64,000 nucleotides of DNA from Tubiluchus corallicola (lineage: Eukaryota > Animalia > Priapulida): NCBI GenBank assembly GCA_030141605.1, contig JAQGDQ010000764.1, forward strand, positions 36,249 to 100,248, read 5' to 3'. Of the stretch, positions 46,901-58,900 are shown piece by piece. Under the pieces are notes generated by a model, which made no database searches, had not been told where the DNA came from, and was given only the letters and a program-made list of their open reading frames with translations. Each line of letters begins with the position of its first letter. The stretch's first letter is position 1. The translations under genes and the position numbers were made by a program.

Positions 46901-49900
46901 GAAAAAGTAGATATACATTTGAGGTAGATGAGAAAAAATTGGATGTAGAATTAAATAGATGTGAAAAAAGTAGATGTAGATTTAAGATAGATGAGAAAAA
47001 AGTAGATGTAGATTTAAGATAGATGAGAAAAAAGTAGATGTAGATTTAAGATAGATGAGAAAAAAGTAGATGTAGATTTAAGATAGATGAGAAAAAAGTA
47101 GATGTAGATTTAAGATAGATGAAAAAAAAAAAGAAAAAAGTAGATGTAGATTTAAGATAGATGAGAAAAAAGTAGATGTAGATTTAAGATAGATGAGAAA
47201 AAAGTAGATGTAGATTTAAGATAGATGAGAAAAAAGTAGATGTAGATTTAAGATAGATGAGAAAAAAGTAGATGTAGATTTAAGATAGATGAGAAAAAAG
47301 TAGATGTAGATTTAAGATAGATGAGAAAAAAGTAGATGTAGATTTAAGATAGATGAAAAAAAGTAGATGTAGATTTAAGATAGATGAGAAAAAAGTAGAT
47401 GTAGATTTAAGATAGATGAGAAAAAAGTAGATGTAGATTTAAGATAGATGAGAAAAAAGTAGATGTAGATTTAAGATAGATGAGAAAAAAGTAGATGTAG
47501 ATTTAAGATAGATAAGAAAAAAGTAGATGTAGATTTAAGATAGATGAGAAAAAAGTAGATGTAGATTTAAGATAGATGAGAAAAAAGTAGATGTAGATTT
47601 AAGATAGATAAGAAAAAAGTAGATGTAGATTTAAGATAGATGAGAAAAAAGTAGATGTAGATTTAAGATAGATGAGAAAAAAGTAGATGTTCCAAACACT
47701 GACTGAACTGCTGTGTTGCATAGAAGTAGACTTGGCGGCAATTTCAAAATTGTTCCTACAATTTCCTGTGTGTTTTCTGGGTAGATAAAATGTAAGACAG
47801 TTGCCTGGCATCCGGATGTAGCAACACAAATGTGTTTGGCGTCTGAGGATGATCACTCACCAGTGATTCAGTTGTGGGATCTTAGGTTTGCCACGTCGCC
47901 ACTGAAAGTTTTAGAAAATCATCAACGGTATGTTATTGTATTTGCAAGTGTTTGGACGAAAACCATCCGTCTTGGATCCTAAGAAATTCAATATTAACAT
48001 GTTTGTTAAATGTAGGCAATCATTTGGAAGTAAATAGCAGTTATTTTCAATGCTATAGTTCCAATAAAAAAGAATTAATTCCTTTTTGTTATGCAATATT
48101 AATTAAAGGAGAAGAAAAGGCCTAGTTAAAGCAAGTCTCGGAAAATTTTCGCTAAAGAATTATAACGGTTACAGGCAATCTTAAGCGTTTATCAAACTTA
48201 CGTTAAAGGAATTTCCGTGTTTGTTTTCATTTTAAATACTCCCACGAGACTGTCACAGCGGCGCCATATTAGATGGCGTCACAGAACCACAACACAAATC
48301 TTTATAGTACACGTGCTCAGAACTCACTGCGTCTGTGTTCGAATGATGTCATGCCACGTGATCAGTCACATGCTGGCTTTTCAATTGGCGGACTAAATGA
48401 AACATGTCTGCGCCAATGTTTACTGCGGCGGGTGAAATATTTTACAAAAATTGGTGTAAATGCGAAAACGTCAGTACTTTATTTGCTTAAGATTATACTT
48501 AGGTGATATAATTTTCATTGCAATTTTCTGAGACTTACTTTGGTTAGCCATTTTCTTGTCCTTTAAGGCACACAATATCAAAATCAAAGAATAGAATTCA
48601 AATTGTTGGATTAAACATGGACATAATTAGAAAGAAATTCAAAAGAAACTTAAAAATTACCTTATGCAGGAGTCGTCGCTTAATAGACTCACTTTGGGAC
48701 CAACTTGTTTTGACCCAATTAACCGATTGAACCTATTGACTGATGGGTGTAGTATTACTGCTATAGAAGTATGAGTCATCAGCTTACTATGCACTGCAAG
48801 GGCTTTTAATGAATTTTAGAAACGAAGTAATGCCTAAATTCCTTTGTGCAGTTAAAAATAAGAAAAAATATTTTAAAATATTAATTTATACAAGTGTATT
48901 AACAATAAATTAAAAAGCAGCTGGAACATCAGCCTTTTCCTCACCATGGATACGTTTGTACGCGATGTTTTCACGCTTTTTCCATCGCTGAAACCAGATG
49001 TCACTCATCTGTTGCAACAAAATCTTCCTTTCCCATTTTCTTTGCCAGATCTTCTGCTTCCTGGCGCATTAATGGAGCGTTCACTCGAGCATCTTTTTCT
49101 CTTGAGTTTGTAAACCACACTTTTAACGGTGACTCCACAGTCTTTTCCTGTGCATCGCCTCTTAGATGCTAGATTCTCATTTTGGCTTGCTGACTGCTCA
49201 ATTTCAGATCGTTTTTCAATATTCTGCCGAGAGTACCTTGGGAAATGTTCAACTGCGCTGCTGCACACCTCTGCCCCATCTCTGGAAGTTTACTGTACTG
49301 CTCTAAAATTTTCAGTTTCTCCTTAACTGTTAGATATTTACGCTTATGCTCCATTTTCCATATTTCTCAACTCTATGCCCTTATTTGCTGTATGATATTT
49401 ACTCTTGTAAGTCACAAAGAATACTGGCTGATTACTGTATCTGCATCTTTGACTATTAACTCATTAAACCTGAAAATGTGATTTGCGACTAGAGCATCAA
49501 AAGGAAACTGCTAAGCAAGTGATTAAATGTTTAGCTTCCAGAAATTCTTTGGGTATCAGTGGGCGAGCGGGTAACAGTTTCAAAGCAAAACTGCTACACT
49601 AGCGTACTAGCGCATGATAAATGTACCTGTTTATAAACAAACATGATAGTTTCAACATATATAATGCACAAAAGGGAAGTAAAGATGACATAAAAGTAGG
49701 AAAGGCTCTTTGGGCACATACAAATATCTTATTTTAAGTAGGGGAAGAAAAAATATTGAGTCAATTAAGCAAAGTTATTTGTGTCACTTACCGATAGTTT
49801 TTATGTATATTTGAACAGAAGCGGCCCTTTTCAGGCGTTTTTGAGTCAATTAAGTGGAGTCTATTAACCGTGTGTCTATTAAGTGGCGACTAATATATAT

Positions 49901-52900
49901 GAGATTAAAAAAAGTTCACGTGATAGTTTTGTGTAAGGTAATTTTTTACATTTCTTTTGAATTTCTTTCTAGTCAGATCCACATTTGTTCTGACAATTTG
50001 AATTCTGTTCTTTGATTTTGTAAAGACATACTGTGTGCCTTAGTATTGTAATATCATATCATCATAAGACTGTTGTGTCAATTGTAGACATTGGGCAGGC
50101 AGAATTCAAAAAAAGAAGAAATTCGCCCTCAAGACAGGTAAACGCAGCATTAATCCAGCAAAAAAACTAGACACTGCTATGTCAGTAGCTTGTCAGCACC
50201 ACTTCCGTTTAAATATACAATTCTTTTTGATTTGACTGAAAATGACTGCTTAGTCGAAACATTCGGCCGCGGCTAATAAACATGTTCATTCCTAAAAGCT
50301 GGTTTTTTATGTTGTTAAATTAAATATTAGTCTTTGATCTCTGTTGGGTGAATATAGTGAACAAAGAATTGTTCTTGGTCTCCGACCGACCCGGACACTC
50401 TTGAAAGGACAGTGTTCCCAATTAGACTTTGTCCATGAGTAGCATGTCGTAAATTTGTTCAAGGGTCTGTGTCATTTTCCTTAGTTTGCGTAAAAAGCAT
50501 TCCAGTCCTGTTGTACAAGTTACAAACTGATCCTCTCCCATTGATAATGACTGTCACTGAGGGTGAGATGTTTCTTGTTACATAATATTGCCTACCTATC
50601 ATAGTAATATCAATAAATAATTTTATCTCTATATATTAATGTGCCTTTTTTAAAAAGTCTGGGAGCAAAAACTGTTAATTTTGACATTTTTAGCAATGTT
50701 TGTGCGAAATGTAGAAAATGGGACAGTGTTGTATAGTCTTATAGAAGCTCAAAAGTTTTGAATGGTTAGGTCTGGTTTTTATTTTTTTTTACGTATCCAT
50801 CAAACACTTGGGGTAAAACTAGTTTATTTATCTGATTTGACTGTTTGTTTTAGAGGTATACTAAGCGTAGCCTGGTGTCCACAGGATCCTGATCTGTTAC
50901 TTAGTTGTGGTAAAGATAATCGTATTCTATGCTGGAATCCTAATAGCAATATACAAGGCGGTGAGGTATGTACTAATTAGATTAGATTAGATTAGATTAG
51001 ATTAGAACAATACTCAAATTGATCAATTAACAATTAAAATAACTTTAAACATTCAGACACAAAATTGATGACTAGCTTACCGTTCTGCTGAGAGAAAATA
51101 TTTAGTAGCGAATCCTTGTTAATGTCATTGAAAACAGTCTTGTTTCTGACAAATGCAGCTTTTTCACAGTGGTACAGCATGTGCTCTTCATCCTGAACTG
51201 CACGATTACCACTCAGTGCACAGTCACATGCGTGTGTACAGTGATACAGCATGTGCTCTTCGTCCTGAACTGCACCATTACCACTCAGTGCACAGTCACA
51301 TGCGTGTGTACAGTGATACAGCATGTGCTCTTCGTCCTGAACTGCACCATTACCACTCAGTGCACAGTCACATGCGTGTGTACAGTGGTACAGCATGTGC
51401 TCTTCATCCTGAACTGCACGATTACCACTCAGTGCACAGTCACGTGCGTGTGTACAGTGGTACAGCATGTGCTCTTCGTCCTGAACTGCACCATTACCAC
51501 TCAGTGCACAGTCACATGCGTGTGTACAGTGGTACAGCATGTGCTCTTCATCTTGAACTGCACTATTACCACTCAGTGCACAGTCACATGCGTGTGTACA
51601 GTGGTACAGCATGTGCTATTCGTCCTGAACTGCACCATTACCACTCAGTGCACAGTCACATGCGTGTGTACAGTGGTACAGCATGTGCTCTTCATCCTGA
51701 ACTGCACTATTACCACTCAGTGCACAGTCACATGCGTGTGTACAGTGGTACAGCATGTGCTCTTCGTCCTGAACTGCACCATTACCACTCAGTGCACAGT
51801 CACATGCGTGTGTACAGTGGTACAGCATGTGCTCTTCATCTTGAACTGCACTATTACCACTCAGTGCACAGTCACATGCGTGTGTACAGTGATACAGCAT
51901 GTGCTCTTCATTCTGAACTGCACCATTACCACTCAGTGCACAGTCACATGCGTGTGTACAGTGGTACAGCATGTGCTCTTCATTCTGAACTGCACGATTA
52001 CCACTCAGTGCACAGTCACATGCGTGTGTACAGTGATACAGCATGTGCTCTTCATCCTGAACTGCACGATTACCATTCAGTGCACAGTCACATGCGTGTG
52101 TACAGTGATACAGCATGTGCTCTTCATCCTGAACTGCACGATTACCACTCAGTGCACAGTCACATGCGTGTGTACAGTGGTACAGCATGTGCTCTTCATT
52201 CTGAACTGCACGATTACCACTCAGTGCACAGTCACATGCGTGTGTACAGTGGTACAGCATGTGCTCTTCATTCTGAACTGCACGATTACCACTCAGTGCA
52301 CAGTCACATGCGTGTGTACAGTGGTACAGCATGTGCTCTTCATCCTGAACTGCACGATTACCACTCAGTGCACAGTCACATGCGTGTGTACAGTGGTACA
52401 GCATGTGCTCTTCGTTCTGAACTGCACGATTACCACCCAGTGCACAGTCACATGCGTGTGTATGCCTTGGCATCTGCTTCCATCTTACAGTTTCTGCAAG
52501 AAGTCTACGAGTATACTTTCTTGTTTTTCAATGTTCACATTTTGATATGTTTTCTAACATTTCAAACAAATTGTTCGATAACATCTTTAGCTAACTGTGT
52601 AGTTTAATACTGGTTGCCGAAAACAAACACATATCAGACTGTTCCTGCCTGGTTTAGGGCTGTTGTACTTCAATAGTTAATAGCTACTCGTACGCTGTTC
52701 CTGTGCTTTAATGGTGAAAATCTAATTGCATGTGTTTGATTCTTTACTTTTCCACCAGGTGGTGTATGAATTGCCAACAAGTAATCAATGGAGCTTCGAT
52801 GTTTCCTGGTGTCCAAGAAATCCAGCTATTATATCCGCAGCTGCTTTTGATGGACACATCAATGTATATTCACTAATGGGATCACATGCACAGCTTCACA

Positions 52901-55900
52901 CGAGCCCAAATAAGGTAACACTTACAGTATCGTAATTTTATAGGTTAATATATGTTGCCCAGATTTATTAAGTGTCACTTAATGAAACTCCTCTGCTTCT
53001 TAGTCAAGTTAATTTAATGGGAGTTGTGGCTTACAGTGGTACTATTAATCTCTGTACATAAAATTTTACGTTGTGCAATATATTATATGTATTATGCACT
53101 TTCAGTTTTGTTGTTGTTTTCAGTATACTCGTGGTGTAATTAATTTATTCATGCTTTCATCTGTTAAAGATTGTAAAGCCCTAGTAGTTCATAGATTTGT
53201 GGTTAATAAATTATTATTATCATCATCATCATTATTACTACTATTACTATTGCTATTACTATTGCTATTGCTATTGCTATTACTATTAATATTGCTATTG
53301 CTATTGCTATTGCTATTGCTATTGCTATTACTATTGCTATTGCTATTGTTATTGTTATTACTATTACTATTGCTATTGCTATTGCTATTGCTATTGCTAT
53401 TGCTATTGCTATTACTATTACTATTGCTATTGCTATTGCTATTAATATTGCTATTGCTATTACTATTACTATTACTATTATTATTATTATGAGTCCTTAT
53501 CGATTTTATAGCATTTAAGGAATATGCACTTCGCTTTTAAATTATTCTTGCCCTTGTCTCGTTATTAATTAATTTTACTTTACGAGTTTTTTTTACCAGT
53601 AAATTAAGATTAATAACACTGCAAATTTTCTTTACAAATAGTGGACTAGGTTGCAGTGATTAATTAATTTTAATTAACGAATAATGTGTATGTGACTAAT
53701 TTTAAAGCGAAACACTTAAATGCCATAAAATCTAGGTTGCAAAATCACAAGTTCACTCATATATTTTATCGCTGGCAATATTGCAAGTCCATTTCCTTTT
53801 TATGTTTGCACTTTTGTATTTTTAATTTGAAAGTTATTTTATTCAAGTGTCACTCTCTACTAAACCTCTCGACTCTCACCTTTCACCCACAGCTTCACTA
53901 AATCTACAGAATAGTATTATTTAGTTGTTTGTGAAATCTTGTGTTGTTTATCCGTTCATTTGTTTACCATATTTCCACAGATTGCGGATTCATTTGGCAC
54001 ATCAACAGATCCGTATGCACAGCCACCCGCCCATCAATTAAAACAGCAGCACGAGACTCAAGTACAGGTGTTGAAAAAGCCTCCAAAGTGGCTTCGACGT
54101 CCAGTTGGGGCTTCTTTTGTAGTAAGTGTGTCTGCACATGTTGAATTACATGGCTATGTAACAAAATGGCCGTATGTGACAATAAACTATTACTATTTCT
54201 ACTACTGTTTTCTATAATGAGCGTCGATTTTGATGGCAAGCTTCAAAATAAATATGCTTAGTTAGTTTGTCGTAATGTCCGTGTTATTGTGTCGTAATTC
54301 ATAGTATGCTATACTGATTGTTTAAGTTTGCTTTTTCATTTTTGTATTGTACACAGGGGTATATTAACCAATAGGCTAGTTGGGCTATAGCCTAGGGCGC
54401 CAAAGTTTGAGGTGTGTCACATTTTAGAAAAAAAATTAATTCTCCCCAGAAAATGTGCATACTTTCATGTTCATGTAAAGGGCACATTTTACAACACACC
54501 ACAGGCAGTTACAGTTTGAGCCTCTATATAAGTGCCACTTATAGATGCATGGTATTATACAATAAGCAGCAGTCAACTTGAATATATGCGCTACGCAAAT
54601 AACGACTACATAGAAACTAGGTTAATAGTGTTTCTAATACACCCACAAATAATTGTTTGATCTGCTCATTACAAAAACAATACTAAATTCAATATAGAGA
54701 TGGGCGGGACAAACTTATCAGTGTAGGGCATCGTAAAACTCTCGATACGCCGCTGATTGTACTCCAACAAGAGTGTGTTCTTTGTATAAGTTTTAGTTGC
54801 TACATTTTGAAGAGTAAAAATACAACCTTTTTTGCTACATTTCAATAAAATTCGTGATTCAAAGAGTTAGCAGTGATGGGCATTAAAATACTGGTAAGGA
54901 TGCAGAAACTTGGGCATTGAGCTAAAACTTCTGATTTGCATGTCAAATAGACTTTCCCGAAAAATTCTGGACTTTGAATAAATACGGATTCAGATTTATC
55001 TAAAAAAATCTGGTGCTGCAATATTTGCGATTTTTTGGACTGTAAAAACAGTTAGACTTTTGGGCACAACTAGAAGTGCTTTCCGTTGTTTGAGAGTGTG
55101 TTATAAGCATTGCATTTATGCATGTTTTTCCACAAGATTTTGCTAAAATTGTAAGTACGAAATTTCTGTTGAGAATAAACGCAGTTTGATACGGAAATTA
55201 TTGTAATTTCTCCTAAAATGCAGGTCTTTTTGTTTAAAGTTGGTTTTAATATTTGTGTATCAGTTTTGAGTTGAATTCTTTGAACCATTTATAACATAAG
55301 AAGATTTGATTTGCCATCACTAACTATCACTCATTATGTGACTATCCATTATGTAACTATCACTCATTGTGTGACTATCCATTATGTAACTATCACTCAT
55401 TATGTGACTATCCATTATGTAACTATCAGTCATTATGTGACTATGCATTATGTAACTATCACTCATTATGTGACTATCCATTGTGTAACTATCACTCATT
55501 ATGTGACTGAAAGTTTTTCATTATCTCTGTAGCTTTTGTTTATATTGGTAGTTTGGTGGCAAGCTGGTGTCCTTTGCCAATTCACCTGTCAGTCAAAAGG
55601 ATGCAGCACCTCAGCGCTTGGTAAATATTAGTCAAGTTGTCACGGAAACCGTTCTTTTGGAAAAGTCGAAGCGTTTAGAGACCGCATTGGAGACCGGCGC
55701 CTTTTCGGACTTCTGCTCTGCAAAAATCGAAGCCGGTAAAGATCCGCAAGAGTTAAGCTTCTGGAGATTTTTAAAGGTAACATTGTTCTGCCTGTTGGCA
55801 ACAATGAGTTGTTTCTTTGTTTATTGTAACATTGTTCTGCCTGTTAGCAACAATGAGTTGTTTCTTTGTTTATTGTAACATTGTTCTGCCTGTTAGCAAC

Positions 55901-58900
55901 AATGAGTTGTTTCTTTGTTTATTGTAACATTGTTCTGCCCGTTAGCAACAGTGAGTTGTTTCTTTGTTTATTGAAGCATTGTTCTGCCTGTTAGCAACAA
56001 TGAGTAGTTTCTTTGTTTATTGTAACATTGTTCTGCCTGTTAGCAACAGTGAAAATTGTTCATCTTAGTAAGTCAATACACATTAAATACGTCTAGCTCT
56101 GAGCTTTTTTGTTGACATAAAAATTGTTCATCTTAATAAGTCAATACACATTAAATACGTTTAGCTCTGAGCTTTTTTGATGACATAAAAATTGTTCATC
56201 TTAATAAGTCAATACACATTAAATACGTTTAGCTCTGAGCTTTTTTGTTGATATAAAAATTGTTCATCTTAATAAGTCAATACACATTAAATACGTTTAG
56301 CTCTGATCTTTTTTGTTGACATAAAAATTGTTCATCTTAGTAAGTCAATACACATTAAATACGTTTAACTCTGAGCTTTTTTTGTTGACATAAAAATTGT
56401 TCATCTTAGTAAGTCAATACACATTAAATACGTTTAACTCTGAGCTTTTTTTGTTGACATAAAAATTGTTCATCTTAATAAGTCAATACACATTTAAGCT
56501 TTGAGCTTTTTTTGATATTTGATTTTAAAACTTTAGGTGAACTTTGAAAAAGAGCCTAGAGGAAAATTTCTTAGCCTACTGGGTTATGATTCTGCATCAC
56601 TTTCGGCAAAGATTTCAGCAGCCATAAAACACGACGGAGCCACCGCACCACCAGGTGGTGTGAGCGCTGAAGAACTGGCTCAACGTATGCACCTTTTATC
56701 AGCAAATGTATGTATTTATCTGTTGGTTTCATTATAATACTGAATTATGTTTCTGCAAATGTATAAATATGAAGGTCTATACGTGTGCTTGGATAACATT
56801 ATTGTCCATAAGTCAGCAGTTAAGCTTTTCTAGTTATTCACATATCCTGAATCCTCATTTCATGAGAATCATTTGATACCAAGTTCATTGCTCTATATTA
56901 TTTCTAAGCTGAGATAATCCATGTTGAAGTTGAGGTGCAGGTTACACACTGAAAAACATAATCTTGAGAAAGTTTGCCATTGTTTTTTGTCGCGTTTCTA
57001 CAAAACACTTAGCAACCGCACAGATGGTGGTTGCTACGGACTTTGTAAAAGGACTTAGAAGGAATTTTTGTTCGTTTTCATTTTAAATCTCCTGCAATAC
57101 AAGGCATCACCTACGCAAGCGATGGAAGAAAGGGAAATGTTTAACTATGTCCCGAAAAATCTTCTATGCAAAGTTATATTACTTAGCATTTTGCTTACCT
57201 GCTGGAAAGTCTTATGTAACTAAATATAATAATTTAAAATGTTCCTGCCAATTGGTAAAATGTCGCTGGCTCACCTTCCACTGTGCACCGTATTTTTAAT
57301 CTTATTGACAAGATACAGTAATTTAAAATTTTACTCAGTTAGTAACATGTGTGCTACGCATGCTCTGATTATTTTTTTGATCTTCTCGTAATGTTATCTG
57401 AACTTGCTTCAAACGACCTACCATTAAAATGGCTGCATCTAACGGTCATCGCGAGTGTTTAAATTTACAAGTTTTATACAGCGTTACTGCCGACGCAATC
57501 CCTGCCTGCAAAAAGGCAGTGCATAAGTGATACAAAATTTCAAAACGAATTTTTTAAGCTCTATGTAAGTGGAGGGTTTTCTTGTGCTTTAACTACATGG
57601 TGCAAACATTTCAGTTGACACTGGTTTACATTAGTTTGCATTTAACAAAAAAATATTCAAGATACGAAAACGAAAATCGAAAGTGCCGGCCGACAGCGGT
57701 CCTCCCAGAATACATTGCGTAGCATCACTCGAACGCTCACATGTCAAAACTCTGTTCGCTTCCTCTGTTGCCATCAAGCTAACCTCACACCACCCTTGGG
57801 CACATTCACCCGACTCGAAAAGTAAAGTGTTGTTATTGTTTTCTCATTTTTTTTCAACATTTATGTAAATGATTATGTTGTCATTAATGAATGTATTTCT
57901 TTCGGGTGGGTACAATATTTACACTTTATACGACTGTTTTCGGCGGGGGGAGGGGAGGTTGGTAACAAATTGCGCCATTTATAGGGTAAATCTTGTCTCA
58001 TAATACGAAAATTCTAAGATACGAATGCCCCTCGAGAACGAAATAATTTCTCATTTCCAGGCATCACTGTGTCTAAACTCATGTATCTGCGATGTCATTC
58101 TACTTCGACACTGTATAATATCAGTAGCAACTAACAGGTAAGTTTCATCATGCTGGCACAAGCAGTGTGTGTAGTGAGCAAACAAAATTTTTTGCTTTAC
58201 AGGGTCTTGTAGACGGTACGAGCAAAAGTACAGATCTGTCTTCCCCTGTGGTAGCGAGTGGCGGTGCAAAGACGCCGTGTAACAGCTTGGGAGACGCCAC
58301 GGCAGCTTTCGATTCCATAGCAGCAACAGCTCAGAGTGCTGATGATTCTCGTCCGGAATCTCCCCTAGCGATTCCTGTTAAAGAAGGTTATTTTTCCTCT
58401 ACCATACGTTGTTGCAGGATGTGTTGTCATATTACATTGTTATTGTATCCCTTTGTAACTGCTTTCTTTGATGATCGTTTGCTAGTGCATTACATTTGTA
58501 AGAAAGACTGTTTTGGAGATTTAGTGTTCAACGTCTGTTTTTTTAGGTGACTCCCTTTTTTAACCTCACTGTTCCAAACGTATTACAATGATAGAAGATG
58601 TGATTAGAGATAAGTTTTTCCAATGAGCCAAGCTTGTCAAACTTAAAAGCAGTTCAAGAGTCTGCCTGGCCCGAGACTGAGTGTGAGCTAGTCAGAGAGT
58701 TTACTGAGTCACTGTACAAAAGCTACTGAGATTGTCAGCTTTTTTCTTTATATTTTTTTAACAGCCAACTCTTTATTAAACCAGGAAGCTTTTTAACTAG
58801 AGGTGACATTTCAGGTGTGCCGGCTGGTACCATCAACAATTACTAGATCAGTGTCCTAGTCATAAGCTTAGTGTCAGCTTCAACAAGGAACTCCTACGCA

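Noticed and set aside
50976-51005. (TTAGA)6 as an interstitial telomere
   Set aside because: Short and not TTAGGG/TTAGG; an ordinary microsatellite.
51034-52607. Long His/Cys-rich ORFs as a zinc-finger or metallothionein gene
   Set aside because: They come from a 72-bp repeat open in several frames at once; the 24-aa period lacks C2H2 spacing and TGEKP linkers; the region lies inside a SEC31 intron.
53073-53492. Poly-Leu ORF
   Set aside because: Tri/hexanucleotide microsatellite.
55533-55551. Upstream AG as the SEC31 acceptor
   Set aside because: A 19-nt shift breaks the frame; conserved GASF.FGGKLV requires 55552.
41527-56517. Regular arrays superficially like CRISPR
   Set aside because: Head-to-tail units with no unique spacers, no cas genes, and located in eukaryotic introns.
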